Positions 63,929 to 64,000 of a stretch of DNA of 64,000 nucleotides are shown here, in pieces (positions within the stretch are counted from its first letter, which is position 1; every line of letters begins with the position of its first letter). Source of the DNA: Asterias rubens (lineage: Eukaryota); the NCBI RefSeq assembly GCF_902459465.1, contig NC_047071.1, forward strand, positions 5,332,001-5,396,000, given 5' to 3'. The notes under the pieces are model-generated. The model saw nothing but the letters and a program-made list of their open reading frames with translations. It ran no database searches and was not told the origin of the DNA. A program made the translations under genes and the position numbers.

Positions 63929-64000
63929 CTTAAACAAAATAATGAAAATGCATGTAAGAATTGCTTCCTTAGTAACTTAATATTGGTTTTTAAAGACTCT

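Overview
Eukaryotic, AT-rich, repeat-dense genomic DNA from an animal, probably a marine invertebrate such as an echinoderm (inferred from the histone H1 type and repeat content, not proven). Left part: a complete 9-coding-exon K+-dependent Na+/Ca2+ exchanger gene (SLC24/NCKX family, 552 aa, minus strand, 3572-12351), with all splice sites and phases reconstructed by hand. It is followed by a 5'-truncated CR1/L2-type LINE with one in-frame stop (15198-17513). Middle (17.5-40 kb): no host genes found. It holds TTAA-flanked Kolobok-like MITEs, other MITEs, SINE fragments, and a concatemer of a Helentron-type non-autonomous element carrying 5S rRNA-derived modules and a ~148-bp satellite. A small dispersed repeat joins a minimal hammerhead ribozyme to a histone-type 3' stem-loop plus downstream element. 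Right part: an H1-only tandem array (~39.9-60.2 kb, ~1.66-kb unit, 13 copies, all minus strand, no core histone genes) with canonical replication-dependent 3' processing signals, truncated by an assembly gap. Beyond the gap are two phase-compatible exons of an unidentified gene with a 183-codon Asp/Glu-rich repeat exon. Two N gaps: 16900-17192 and 60235-60334.
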